Source of the DNA: Bacillota bacterium
GTDB taxonomy: Bacteria; Bacillota; DTU025
Direction of reading: 5' to 3'
Length of the DNA: 64,000 nt
Assembly (NCBI GenBank): GCA_050951805.1
Contig: JBMNJT010000002.1
Span: forward strand, 1,408,001 to 1,472,000
Shown: in pieces, positions 1-10,054 of the stretch
How the letters are laid out: each line of letters opens with the position of its first letter
Position numbering within the stretch: position 1 is the stretch's first letter
The notes under the pieces: model-generated
Told to the model about the DNA's origin: nothing
The model's input: only the letters and a program-made list of their open reading frames with translations
The model's database searches: none
Position numbers and translations under genes: made by a program

Positions 1-1
1 G

Positions 2-1189
2 CCTCCCCAAGCTCCGCCTGAGCAGCCAAAGGCAAAGCCGAGAGGGGAATATGGAATAGTCTCTCCCCAGCTTGCCCTGCCCGCCTTCGTAAAGCCGGAA
101 GGGACGCTCTCCATAGAAGTGATTTCTCCGGTTCAAGATAGTCCGACATCCGCCACTAGCGTGGAATGGAAAATACGGCTTTTCCCCAAGATCGGTTCGT
201 CTGAGGCTTCCGCAATCTCTCTCACCCCACACAAGGCCACAGCCTTGCCGGATGGCAGGTGGAGCATGGAGGCAACAATCCCTGAGGATACGCCGATCAA
301 CCTGTATGACCTGGCAGTGTCCGCATTGTGCGGAAACACACTGCTTATGGAGGACAGACAGCCGAACGCGGTGAGCATAACTACAGTCGATCCCGAAAAC
401 TCTGTTTTCGCGATCATCTCCGATATCCATCTGAACAATCCGAAATCATCCGGCGACGACCCCGACGCTTCTCTAAACACCCTGCTTCTTGAGGTTATTG
501 AGGAACTCAACCTTATCCAGCCGGATTTCGTGGTTCTTCTTGGAGACCTCGTGGAAAGCAACGCCGACACATACCATCGCGACTTCGACGATATGTGGAA
601 TATTCTCGACGGTTACGCCAAATTCCCCGTCTTTGCCGTGATGGGAAACCATGACGGGCAGCGCGTTGGAGAAGTGGACGGATTCGAGTACTTTCAGCGC
701 CATTTCGGCCCCCTATATCATTCCTTTGATTGGGGCGGGTGGCACTTTGCCTTGGTCAACACGTACGACCATCCAGCACATCCGTCAGACAACGGGGTCA
801 TAGGACGCGAGCAACTAAAATGGCTCGATAGCGATTTGCACTTTGCGTCGTCTGCAGGGCAGAAGATCGCAGTCATGCTCCACCATAACCCATTCGACGA
901 TAGGTGGGTCTTCATGGATGAAGGCAGGGAGCAGCTTGTGGAGGTTTTAGAAAGACACGGAGCAAGGTATGTCTTCGCCGGCCACAGGCATTCAGACCAG
1001 CTAGAGCAGACGGAGCTAACAAAGATAATAACTACTCGCACAGCCCAGGCAGCAAGCCGCGACATGGCAGGGTACCGAGTCATCAGAATCGAGGATGGCT
1101 ACATCGCATCTGTCCACTACATCATGCCCAAGTCCTCGAAGCCTCTTGGAACCACGAATATGGGGCTGGAGGCAGAAGGTAGAGATTGA
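2..1189 (+). CDS. Calcineurin-like metallophosphoesterase with N-terminal extension; 5'-truncated by the window edge
   Basis: Motifs SDIH, LGDLV, GNHD, HH and GHRH. The frame is open from base 2 (PPQAPPEQPK...), so the start lies upstream of the window. Confidence 0.85.
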   Translation, partial: PPQAPPEQPKAKPRGEYGIVSPQLALPAFVKPEGTLSIEVISPVQDSPTSATSVEWKIRLFPKIGSSEASAISLTPHKATALPDGRWSMEATIPEDTPINLYDLAVSALCGNTLLMEDRQPNAVSITTVDPENSVFAIISDIHLNNPKSSGDDPDASLNTLLLEVIEELNLIQPDFVVLLGDLVESNADTYHRDFDDMWNILDGYAKFPVFAVMGNHDGQRVGEVDGFEYFQRHFGPLYHSFDWGGWHFALVNTYDHPAHPSDNGVIGREQLKWLDSDLHFASSAGQKIAVMLHHNPFDDRWVFMDEGREQLVEVLERHGARYVFAGHRHSDQLEQTELTKIITTRTAQAASRDMAGYRVIRIEDGYIASVHYIMPKSSKPLGTTNMGLEAEGRD

Positions 1190-1387
1190 ATATATCGGCC
1201 TGGGCATGGAGGACCGGGTTTGCAAGCCTCCGTGCCCTGGCCGATAGGGCCATGATGATCTGGTTCCCCTCCTTTCAACCAAGGTGGCTTGCAATCATGC
1301 AGACGCACAAACCCCATATCATGGGAGGAGTTTGGGCGGCATGTGTGGAAAACTTGTATGGTCCACGATAATGCGGGAGGGATACGC

Positions 1388-3145
1388 TTGAAAAGTCTGA
1401 TGACTGGAAACGAAGCGATAGCCCGGGGAGCCTGGGAGGCTGGCGTCAGGTTCGCCACCGCCTATCCCGGCACCCCCAGTACGGAAATCCTGGAGAACAT
1501 CGCAGGCTACGACGAAATCCGCTCCCAGTGGTCGGTGAACGAAAAAACTGCTCTTGAGACAGCTTTAGGCGGCTCCATCGCTGGCGCAAGAACCCTTTGC
1601 GCGATGAAGCACGTCGGTCTGAACGTTGCCGCCGACCCTCTCTTCTCTTCGGCATACATGGGAGTCAACGCAGGGCTCGTCATTGTCACCGCAGATGACC
1701 CAGGTTGCCACAGTTCACAGAATGAACAGGACAATAGGAACTATGCAAAAGCTGCCAAGCTTCCGCTCATCGAGCCATCCAACAGCCAAGAGGCACTGGA
1801 TTTCGTAAAGGTTGCATTCGAGTTGAGCGAGGCCTACAGCACACCGGTCTTGTTCAGAATAACCACAAGGCTAGCCCATGGCAAATCGGTCGTGACCGTT
1901 GGCCGCCGTGTGGACGTCAAACCGCGAGAGTACGTCCGAGACACGTCCAGATTTGTTCTAATGCCGGCACAGGCGAGGACCCGCCATGGTGTCCTTGAAG
2001 ACCGCCTGATTCAACTGGAGGATTGGGCATGCACCACCCGGCTGAATCGGGTGGAGTGGGGTTCTCGAAAACTTGGCATCATCACGAGCGGAGTAGCTTA
2101 CCACTACGCGCACGAGGTGTTCGGCGAGGATGCTTCCTACTTGAAGCTGGGCATGAGTTATCCATTCCCCAAAAAGCTAGTGGAGGACTTCGCCGCACAA
2201 GTTGATCGCCTGGTCGTCATCGAAGAACTCGATCCGTTCATTGAGGACGCCGTTCGCGCCATGGGAATCGAAGCGGAAGGTAAAGCCCTCATTCCCCGCC
2301 TTGGCGAACTTGATTCCGCTATCATAGCCGAAGCATTCGAAAAGGCCGACAGTAAAAGTCCGCCGCCTGAAGATGTTACTGGAAGGCCCCCGATGTTCTG
2401 CGCCGGTTGTCCGCATCGCGGCGTCTTCTACGAGCTTGGACAGCTTCCCGTGACGATAACAGGTGACATCGGGTGCTATACTCTGGGTTCGCTGCCCCCG
2501 TTTGCAGCCACCGAAACGTGCATATGCATGGGCGCAAGCATATCGGCGGGGCTAGGATTCCAGAAGGTTTTCAACATGCTGAACCCGGCCGATCCCAAGA
2601 GAACGATTGCCGTAATCGGCGACTCCACCTTCTATCACTCAGGCATGACCGGTCTTCTCGATGCGGTCTATAACGACGTCGGACTCATAACTATCATCCT
2701 CGATAACCGGATTACCGCAATGACCGGCCATCAGGAGAATCCTGGCTCTGGCTATAATCTTTCGGGCCAGAGCGCTCCCCAAGCAAGGCCTGAAGAGATC
2801 GCCAAGGCCTTAGGTGTCGAACAGATCGCCACTGTCAACCCATATGATCTTACAGAGGTGAAGAAGGCACTCGATAACGCGCTTGCAGACCCTCATCCAT
2901 CAGTGATTGTGTCCCGAGCGCCGTGCGCCCTTCTGAAGCGTGAAGCGGTCAGAAGGCCGCCTTACTGCGTCGACCAGGATGCATGCCGAAAATGTAAGGC
3001 ATGCCTCAAGGTAGCCTGTCCGGCGCTGTACGTGGAAGACGGAGAGGTGCACATCGATAATGCATCCTGCGTCGGGTGCGGTGTTTGTGCCCAAGTATGC
3101 AGATTTGGCGCGATCAATCAAACAGAGAAAACGGGTGAGAACTGA
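1388..3145 (+). CDS. iorA: Indolepyruvate:ferredoxin oxidoreductase alpha subunit
   Basis: GNEAIARG, YPGTPSTE, CAGCPHR, GDIGCY, TPP motif GDSTF...N and a C-terminal 2x[4Fe-4S] domain. RBS GGGAGG precedes TTG at 1388. Confidence 0.95.
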   Translation: MKSLMTGNEAIARGAWEAGVRFATAYPGTPSTEILENIAGYDEIRSQWSVNEKTALETALGGSIAGARTLCAMKHVGLNVAADPLFSSAYMGVNAGLVIVTADDPGCHSSQNEQDNRNYAKAAKLPLIEPSNSQEALDFVKVAFELSEAYSTPVLFRITTRLAHGKSVVTVGRRVDVKPREYVRDTSRFVLMPAQARTRHGVLEDRLIQLEDWACTTRLNRVEWGSRKLGIITSGVAYHYAHEVFGEDASYLKLGMSYPFPKKLVEDFAAQVDRLVVIEELDPFIEDAVRAMGIEAEGKALIPRLGELDSAIIAEAFEKADSKSPPPEDVTGRPPMFCAGCPHRGVFYELGQLPVTITGDIGCYTLGSLPPFAATETCICMGASISAGLGFQKVFNMLNPADPKRTIAVIGDSTFYHSGMTGLLDAVYNDVGLITIILDNRITAMTGHQENPGSGYNLSGQSAPQARPEEIAKALGVEQIATVNPYDLTEVKKALDNALADPHPSVIVSRAPCALLKREAVRRPPYCVDQDACRKCKACLKVACPALYVEDGEVHIDNASCVGCGVCAQVCRFGAINQTEKTGEN

Positions 3146-3723
3146 TGGCTAACACTACTAGCATTATGTTGGCGGGAGTCGGCGGGCAAGGCACGATATT
3201 GGCAAGCCGGGTCCTTGCGCAGCTCCTCCTCGATAAAGGCTACGATGTTAAGATGTCGGAAGTTCATGGCATGGCTCAGCGTGGCGGAAGCGTCACCACT
3301 CAGGTGCGCTACGGTGAGCAAGTCGACGCGCCGACCATAGCACCCGGACAGGCCGATTTCATACTGTCTTTCGAGGCTATGGAAGCTGCAAGGACGGCGC
3401 ACTTCCTCAAGCCCGGAGGAACAATAATTGCCAACACGAGAAGGATTCCCTCACTCCCGATACTCATCGGCAAGGAAGAGTATCCGGATGATATCGACGA
3501 GCGCCTTGCAGAACGCGGAATCGATGTCCGTTGGGTAGATGCGTATTCCATCGCCGAAGAACTGGGGAATACACGCGTGGAAAACGTCGTCCTTCTCGGG
3601 GCATTTTCCACAGTTCTGCCATTTACTGAAGGCGCGTGGAAAAAGGCCATAGCCCAGGTTGTGCCGCCACGCCATGTGGAGCTCAATGTAGTTGCTTTTC
3701 AGAGAGGAAGCAGGCTGGCGTAA
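3145..3723 (+). CDS. iorB: Indolepyruvate:ferredoxin oxidoreductase beta subunit
   Basis: GVGGQG and SEVHGMAQRGGSV motifs; TGATG overlap with iorA. Confidence 0.95.
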   Translation: MANTTSIMLAGVGGQGTILASRVLAQLLLDKGYDVKMSEVHGMAQRGGSVTTQVRYGEQVDAPTIAPGQADFILSFEAMEAARTAHFLKPGGTIIANTRRIPSLPILIGKEEYPDDIDERLAERGIDVRWVDAYSIAEELGNTRVENVVLLGAFSTVLPFTEGAWKKAIAQVVPPRHVELNVVAFQRGSRLA

Positions 3724-3725
3724 AG

Positions 3726-4043
3726 ATGGAGACGCCGATTGCGCTCACCGTGGCCATTTTGGGGATTACAGGGGCAGCTTCGCTTATCTTCGGATATCTC
3801 ATAGGCCACAAGAACAAGTTCGACCTGATTAACGGATACACAGAAGAGAAGATGCTCGATGCCGCAAAGTTCGCTCAATGGATGCGACTATGCTACAACA
3901 TCATGGGAGGAGTGCTGATTGGAGCATCCGCCCTGCTTGTTGCCACAAAGGCAGTTCTTGCAATTGTGATTGCATGTACCGTGATAGTAACAGTCGTGCT
4001 TGCAGTAATGACACTTGGCGCACGAAGGTACTACCGAATATGA
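3726..4043 (+). CDS. Small membrane protein (DUF3784-like)
   Basis: Three hydrophobic segments and a KFDLINGY motif; starts 2 nt after the iorB stop. Confidence 0.65.
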   Translation: METPIALTVAILGITGAASLIFGYLIGHKNKFDLINGYTEEKMLDAAKFAQWMRLCYNIMGGVLIGASALLVATKAVLAIVIACTVIVTVVLAVMTLGARRYYRI

Positions 4044-4183
4044 GTGCTCGTGCCATACGCCCCCGGCTAGGGCGCAAGCTGCGGCCCGGGGGCGTTATTC
4101 TGTCGCTTTCCTCGCCTTGCCCGCCTCTTCGCAGATACTGCATTCTATCCCGCCAAGCTAGTGATGATGAACTACCAGGAGGT

Positions 4184-5554
4184 TTACCTCAGGCGGTCAT
4201 CGGAGCCATCGCACCCCTTCTTCATCTCGGCCATGCGCTGCCTGACTCGCGCTTCATTGGGATTCTCCCCTGGTTCGTAGTATCTGCGCCCCTCAAGCCC
4301 CTCCGGCATGTATTGCTGGCTTACCCAGGCCCCAGGATAGTCATGGGGATACTTGTAGCCTACGCCATGGCCGAAGGTGGATGCACCGCGATATGAGGCG
4401 TCCCGCAGATGAAGCGGAACGTCTGATATGGATCTGGTCCTCACGTCATCCGTGGCAGCATCAATCGCCCGGATGACGGAGTTGCTCTTGGGAGCCGTAG
4501 CTATGTAAATCGTGGCATGGGCCAGTATTATCCGAGCCTCGGGAAGACCTACCTTCTCCACCGCGGCAAGAGCAGCGGACGCAACCAGCAACGCCTGGGA
4601 ATCCGCCATGCCCACATCCTCGCTGGCGTGGATCATCAGACGTCGAGCAATAAACCGAGGGTCTTCGCCTGATTCGATCATCCTGGCAAGGTAATGCAGA
4701 GCAGCGTCGGGATCCGACCCCCGCATGCTCTTTATGAAGGCAGACACCACGTCGTAATGCATATCCCCCCCGCCATCGTATCGGAGTGCCCTATGCTGTA
4801 TGGAGTCTTCAGCCACCTCCAATGTTATGTGGATCCTTCCATCCTCGCCCGCTGGCGTAGAGAGTGCAGCAACCTCTATCGCATTCAATGCCGTTCGGGC
4901 ATCGCCGTTGGCAAAACTGGCGATGTGATCTAGGGCATCATCATCTATGGATATGTTGAGATAACCGAGGCCACGCTCTGAATCATCCAGGGCGCGCACA
5001 ATAAGGCAGCGCACGTCGTCGACGCCCAAAGGCTCAAGCTTGAATATGCGGGAGCGCGAGACCAACGGCGGGTTGACGTCGAAGAATGGATTCTCAGTGG
5101 TAGCGCCGATAAGCGTGACAGTGCCGTCTTCAACTGACGGCAAGAGGGCGTCCTGTTGTGCCTTGTTGAACCTATGGATCTCGTCGATGAACAGAATCGT
5201 ACGAACGCCATGAAGCTTCCATCTGTCCCGAGCGGTTGCCACAACCTGCCTGATGTCGGCAACCCCGGCAGTCACCGCATTAAGCCTTACGAAGTCCGCC
5301 TTGGTCGTAAGTGCAATCACCTCGGCGATCGTGGTCTTGCCCGAGCCTGGCGGGCCATAGAGTATTATCGATCCTAGCTTGTCGGCCTCTATCGCCCTCC
5401 GCAGAAGCTTCCCTGGCCCGAGAATGTGGTCTTGTCCAAGTATTTCATCAATGGTGCGAGGCCTCATCCTAGCCGCAAGGGGGACGCGATCGCCCCCTCC
5501 TCGCTTTTCGGCCGCATAGTCAAATAGATCAGGGCCTGAAATCATCTGGCTCAC
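4184..5554 (-). CDS. rarA: Replication-associated recombination protein A (RarA/MgsA AAA+ ATPase)
   Basis: PLAARMRP, GPPGSGKTT, FIDEIHRFNKAQQD, SAFIKSMRGSDPDAAL, YKYPHDY. Confidence 0.96.
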   Translation of the reverse strand: MSQMISGPDLFDYAAEKRGGGDRVPLAARMRPRTIDEILGQDHILGPGKLLRRAIEADKLGSIILYGPPGSGKTTIAEVIALTTKADFVRLNAVTAGVADIRQVVATARDRWKLHGVRTILFIDEIHRFNKAQQDALLPSVEDGTVTLIGATTENPFFDVNPPLVSRSRIFKLEPLGVDDVRCLIVRALDDSERGLGYLNISIDDDALDHIASFANGDARTALNAIEVAALSTPAGEDGRIHITLEVAEDSIQHRALRYDGGGDMHYDVVSAFIKSMRGSDPDAALHYLARMIESGEDPRFIARRLMIHASEDVGMADSQALLVASAALAAVEKVGLPEARIILAHATIYIATAPKSNSVIRAIDAATDDVRTRSISDVPLHLRDASYRGASTFGHGVGYKYPHDYPGAWVSQQYMPEGLEGRRYYEPGENPNEARVRQRMAEMKKGCDGSDDRLR

Positions 5555-5911
5555 CTCGGGTACTGTTCAATGTAGCAACTTGGCATGCTCGCCCACTGGC
5601 GCAACTCCATCATACATCATAGAGGGCAAAGGTGGACAACGAGGCAATCGGCCGGCCTTCTGCATATATGTTGAGGAGCAATAGATCCGACCCCGGGCAT
5701 GGTGGTTAGCCTATGCAGGTTTTGACTGCACAACTATGACGTTGTACAGAGGAGAAGAGTAGTCTGAAGACCAGAGCACACTCTTGCGCTTTACGCCGAT
5801 TCTGTTCAGCGAAAAACAACGATATGGACGGATAGCAAGCCAAGCGTTTTCAATCGCAGAATATGCTGTCAGAAAAGCCCAACAGGCTTAAGCTGCCCAT
5901 TGGGCAAAAAA

Positions 5912-6090
5912 GGACCCCACCATGCCGTAGCCGTGGCCGTTTCTCCCCCGCGCCCGCGAGGTGGGTGCCCTCCCATCACGTTTGCGTTCCACGTTTTCAC
6001 GCGGCCCACACGCCGGTGACAGAGTCCAGGCTCCCATTGATGATGTGTTGGAAGTAAACAGCCAGAGTGCTTACGTGCACAGCAGGGTAA
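5912..6090 (-). ncRNA. ssrS: 6S RNA
   Basis: The minus strand reads ACCCTGCTGTGCACGTA...CCAACAC...TGGGAG...GGGCACCCACC...ACGGCATGGTGGGGT followed by a T-run. The ends pair into a long rod, and the position upstream of rarA is typical for Firmicutes. Ends are approximate. Confidence 0.88.
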
Positions 6091-6113
6091 TAGCTCCAAT
6101 CGATGTCAAGTAC

Positions 6114-6142
6114 ATGATATCACACGACCTGCGGCGTTTCAA
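6114..6142 (-). promoter_or_regulatory. SigA-type promoter for 6S RNA
   Basis: TTGAAA-N17-TATCAT with an extended -10 TG. Confidence 0.65.
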
Positions 6143-6210
6143 CAAAACCGATCCTGCCAAAAATTGAGGCAATTGGATGGAATGCGAGCCGATGCCTGCG
6201 CGTTAGCAGC

Positions 6211-7485
6211 TTACTCCATACCCGCTTTGCCAGCCTCCAAAACCTTCGAGGCCAGCTCGGCTTGGAGAACAAGCTCTTGATCGCCTGTGGCCATGGCTTT
6301 GAGCGTCACCATATCCGTCGCCAGTTCCTCGTCGCCTATGATCGCCACGAAACGTGCCCCCACTTTCGCTGCAAAACGCATCTGAGCCTTGAGCCCGCGG
6401 TCGAGCATGTCGTAATCTGCGGAGATCCCGCAAGAACGCATGTTGAAGGCCAGCTCGAATGCCCTCTCGCGAGCGGCCTCACCCAAGGACACAAAATAGA
6501 TGTCTATCGGCCGATCATACGCTTTTTCGCCGGCCGAGGCGCGCATGGCAAGTACGCATCTCTCAAGCCCACAAGCAACGCCCACCGCAGGGGTTGGAGG
6601 TCCTCCTACCTCTTCTACCAACCCATCGTAACGGCCGCCGCCGCCTATAGCGTCCTGGGACCCGATTCCTCCAACATTGTACTCAAACGTAGTTCTCGTA
6701 TAGTAGTCTAGTCCCCTAACGAGCCTCGGGTTTATCACGTATTCCACGTTGAGTTTGTCCAAAAGGCGGCGAACCTCATCAAAATGGCTGCGGCATTCCG
6801 GACACAGGATATCCAATACCATAGGCGGCTCCGGGAGCGCACGGCGGCATTCCTCCGACTTGCAGTCAAGGAGACGCAAAGGATTCCTATCGTATCGCGA
6901 AACACAAGACGGACACAGTCTGCTCAAAACTGGCCTATACGTCTCCCTCAAAAGCTCCCTATACGCCGGCCTGCACGAAGGGCAGCCTATGGAGTTGATG
7001 TTCACAATCACTCCACGGATTCCCAGAGAATCAAATACCTCGAGCGGAACCGAAATGACTTCTGCATCTGCTGCAGGGCTCGGCGCTCCAATGACCTCCA
7101 GACCAAACTGGTGAAACTGACGGTATCTTCCTGCCTGAGGCCGTTCGTATCTGAACATCGGCCCAAGGTAGTAAAGTTTCGCAGGTTGCGGCTTACTGGC
7201 AAACCCACGCTCTACATATGCTCGCACAACAGGTGCCGTGCCCTCAGGCCTGAGAGTGATTGAGCGGTCTCCCCTATCAGTGAATGTGTACATTTCCTTC
7301 TCAACTATGTCTGTGGCTTCGCCCACACCTCTCTCGAAGAGTTCTGTGTGTTCGAATATGGGAGTGCGTATCTCCCTGTAGCCAGCCCTTTCAGCCGCAC
7401 CCCGCACGAGCCCTTCAACGTGTTGCCAAAGCCCAACTTCGTCTGGAAGAATATCAGTAGTGCCTCTCGGCGCTGTAATATCCAC
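6211..7485 (-). CDS. hisS: Histidine--tRNA ligase
   Basis: PRGTTD, LRPEGTA, FRYERPQAGRYRQFHQ, LVRGLDYY, GGGRYDGL. Confidence 0.98.
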   Translation of the reverse strand: MDITAPRGTTDILPDEVGLWQHVEGLVRGAAERAGYREIRTPIFEHTELFERGVGEATDIVEKEMYTFTDRGDRSITLRPEGTAPVVRAYVERGFASKPQPAKLYYLGPMFRYERPQAGRYRQFHQFGLEVIGAPSPAADAEVISVPLEVFDSLGIRGVIVNINSIGCPSCRPAYRELLRETYRPVLSRLCPSCVSRYDRNPLRLLDCKSEECRRALPEPPMVLDILCPECRSHFDEVRRLLDKLNVEYVINPRLVRGLDYYTRTTFEYNVGGIGSQDAIGGGGRYDGLVEEVGGPPTPAVGVACGLERCVLAMRASAGEKAYDRPIDIYFVSLGEAARERAFELAFNMRSCGISADYDMLDRGLKAQMRFAAKVGARFVAIIGDEELATDMVTLKAMATGDQELVLQAELASKVLEAGKAGME

Positions 7486-7511
7486 GCAAACGCCCCCCAG
7501 TGCAGATTATG

Positions 7512-7536
7512 AAAATGGGCGGGCCCAAGCCCGCCC
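7512..7536 (-). terminator. Putative intrinsic terminator between the SurA/TPR gene and hisS
   Basis: GGGCGGGC-ttgg-GCCCGCCC followed by ATTTT. Confidence 0.5.
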
Positions 7537-7556
7537 TAAGATATCCAAGATCACAA

Positions 7557-8756
7557 TTACTCTTCAACAGATACAGACTCTCCGGTGCTTTCAACCTGCT
7601 CTCCGGCATCATCCGCGTCCTTCGCTTCCTTAGCCGCCTCCAATGCCTCCTTAAGCTGAGCCTCCCAACGGGCCCTGGAAGCCGCCTCAATCTCGGCAAT
7701 CATTTCTTCCTCCCGAGCCGCGTCATCATCCATGCCCATCTCTTTGTAGGCATCCCGGATCAGCCCATGCACTATAGGAGAGAACGTGGCGTCTTCGCCT
7801 GCCAAGTCCGAAGCCTTCTTGTACAGCTCACGTGCACGATCCTTCTGCCCTGATTCCCTCAGGTTATCTGCCCGTGCAATGAGCACAAAAGGTTCGTCGG
7901 GCCCAAGCTTGAGAGCGCTTTCGAACGCCTTTTCGGAATCCTTAGCCTTACCTGCCGCTGCTAGCGCCTTACCTAGCGATATCTGGAGATATGGATCCTG
8001 CGGCGTCTGCTTGATGGCTTTCCTGTACTGCTTCACCGCCTCATCGTAATCCCCTTCGACCATGGCGCGGTATGCAAGCACCCTCGGATCATATATAGTT
8101 ATCTTTGCATCTTTGCGAAGCTCATCGACGAGCTCCTGCCTATTTGCCGCCTCTTTGCGGTATCTGATCAGCTGCTCAATGTTTTCCTTCGATTCCTCAT
8201 AATCGAGATTAGGCTGAGTTACCGCAATCTTGTCGAATTCCTCTTTGATCTCTTCCTCGGTCACTTCGACAGGCTTTGCTACAGAGGGATAACTCCCAAT
8301 AATCTGCTGTCGACCAAGGTATTCCTTGTAGCTCTTCTTGGTAAACCCCCAGTTTGCCAGAGCTGACACGAATTCCCGTTCGTCTGAAAAATAGGCCTTG
8401 TCAGCCTCGTAGGCCGAATCTACCACTACCTGATTCGCCACATACCCTGCCTTCTTAGCTGCATCGAGTATGAGCGCGTCTTCTATTAGGGCATCCAAAG
8501 CATCAGACCGCAACTCTTCTATATCCTCAGGCTTTAGGCCGCCGTATTGCACACGACGCGAGTAGGCCTGCTGGAATTCGAGTGCAAGATCGAGCGCTGA
8601 CACCTTTACCGAATTAACCTTGGCTACGGTAAGCCTGGCGCTCCCGGCGTTGGCATTGGAACCCGCAAAAAGCATGGGAATTACCATCCCAAGCGCTAAA
8701 ACACCCGCTATGACGGCAACAATTGTGCCGGCTTGCTTACGCATCCCTGAGATCAA
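7557..8756 (-). CDS. Membrane-anchored SurA N-terminal-like domain protein with C-terminal TPR repeats
   Basis: N-terminal TM, VAKVN...LDALIEDALILDAAKKAG, LVDELRKDAKITI, then TPR-like repeats (YDEAVKQYRKAIKQTP; FESALKLGP). RBS GGGAGG precedes TTG at 8756. Confidence 0.7.
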   Translation of the reverse strand: MISGMRKQAGTIVAVIAGVLALGMVIPMLFAGSNANAGSARLTVAKVNSVKVSALDLALEFQQAYSRRVQYGGLKPEDIEELRSDALDALIEDALILDAAKKAGYVANQVVVDSAYEADKAYFSDEREFVSALANWGFTKKSYKEYLGRQQIIGSYPSVAKPVEVTEEEIKEEFDKIAVTQPNLDYEESKENIEQLIRYRKEAANRQELVDELRKDAKITIYDPRVLAYRAMVEGDYDEAVKQYRKAIKQTPQDPYLQISLGKALAAAGKAKDSEKAFESALKLGPDEPFVLIARADNLRESGQKDRARELYKKASDLAGEDATFSPIVHGLIRDAYKEMGMDDDAAREEEMIAEIEAASRARWEAQLKEALEAAKEAKDADDAGEQVESTGESVSVEE

Positions 8757-8819
8757 GATAATAACCCTCCCAGCTAAGCTCAATAGCCTACGTCATTGTA
8801 TCGCACGAAGATTGCAGTG

Positions 8820-9476
8820 TCAACGAATGCGTGACCGTCCATGCCACGCCTTTTCAGCTGCTATAGTTGTGTCTGGGCCATGCCCTGGATATACTCGAAT
8901 CCTCTCGTCGAGGCTGAATATGACCTCAAAGATAGAACGCCAGAGAGCCTCTTCATCACCGCCTGCAAAATCTGTCCGTCCGACTCCGCACGCAAAGAGA
9001 GTATCTCCCGTGAAAAGCGTCAGGTCGTCGGGGAGCAACAGGCTGATTCCTCCCGGAGTATGCCCTGGAGTCGCCAACACTTCGAACTCCATCTCGCCCA
9101 CGCGCAACACATTTCCGCCCTCAAGAGTATGGTCCGCTACGAGCGAAAATCCCTGTCCTCCCGACCGCGCCAACACGTGAAAAACATCGTCTGGTTCGGC
9201 TAGCATGTCCGCATCGAGAGCGCCTACGTATACAGGAGCTCCTGTCGCATCCCGTAACGCCCCATTGCCCCCAATGTGGTCGGGATGCCCGTGCGTATTG
9301 ATTATTGCCCGGCACTCGAGACCATGCTGCTTCAGAATATTCTGGATGCGTGGGGAAAAAGCCCCGGGATCGATCACTACTGCGTCCTCGTGGCCCTCAC
9401 GCCAAACAATGTAACAGTTGGTTGATATCGGCCCAAGCACGAGCCTTTCTACGTTGAGCACACCCGCATCCGCCAA
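8820..9476 (-). CDS. MBL-fold metallo-hydrolase (glyoxalase II-like)
   Basis: THGHPDH, TPGHTPG, FTGDTLF, PGHG; typical position after dtd. Confidence 0.92.
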   Translation of the reverse strand: MADAGVLNVERLVLGPISTNCYIVWREGHEDAVVIDPGAFSPRIQNILKQHGLECRAIINTHGHPDHIGGNGALRDATGAPVYVGALDADMLAEPDDVFHVLARSGGQGFSLVADHTLEGGNVLRVGEMEFEVLATPGHTPGGISLLLPDDLTLFTGDTLFACGVGRTDFAGGDEEALWRSIFEVIFSLDERIRVYPGHGPDTTIAAEKAWHGRSRIR

Positions 9477-9516
9477 ATAAAACCCGCCTCCTTGCAGTCT
9501 CAGTCTGTAACCAAAT

Positions 9517-9966
9517 TCAAAAGGCCTTGCCGCTGTCAAGCAAAATCGTCACAGGCCCGTGATTAACAAGGTTTACATCCATCTCAGCTCTGAATATACC
9601 AGTTTCAACCGGAACGCCCATGTTTCTTACTCCTCTGACGAATTCCTCGTAGAGGACATTCGCATGTTCAGGCGCAGCGGCATCCGTGAAACTGGGCCGT
9701 CGCCCACGTCTGCAGTCTCCGTATAATGTGAACTGGGATATGGCAAGCATGCCTCCTCCAACATCCAGAAGTGAAAGGTTGAGCTTGCCTTCATCGTCGT
9801 CAAAAATCCTCAGGTTCGGGATCTTCTCTACCATGTATTCAACATCTTCCGAGCCATCCTCTCTCGAAATGCCCAGAAGAACCACAAGGCCATGGCCTGT
9901 GCTTCCAACAATCTCACCATCTACACTGACCGAAGCCTCGGTCACCCTCTGAACCACAGCTCTCAG
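9517..9966 (-). CDS. dtd: D-aminoacyl-tRNA deacylase
   Basis: RAVVQRV, SQFTL, NHGPVT. The start is probably CTG at 9966 behind RBS GGAGGTG; an alternative GTG lies at 9996. Confidence 0.95.
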   Translation of the reverse strand: MRAVVQRVTEASVSVDGEIVGSTGHGLVVLLGISREDGSEDVEYMVEKIPNLRIFDDDEGKLNLSLLDVGGGMLAISQFTLYGDCRRGRRPSFTDAAAPEHANVLYEEFVRGVRNMGVPVETGIFRAEMDVNLVNHGPVTILLDSGKAF

Positions 9967-10054
9967 CGATAAGCACCTCCACGTTAAACCAGCCACCCAA
10001 TATTATCACAACTATCAGGGCTATGGCGACAGCTCGAACATCAAACGACGCCCG

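Noticed and set aside
5555-5911. Possible LexA box or small gene upstream of rarA
   Set aside because: No GAAC-N4-GTTC site and no credible ORF found.
7486-7556. Possible T-box leader for hisS
   Set aside because: Too short, and it lacks the GGTGGNACCGCG T-box motif.
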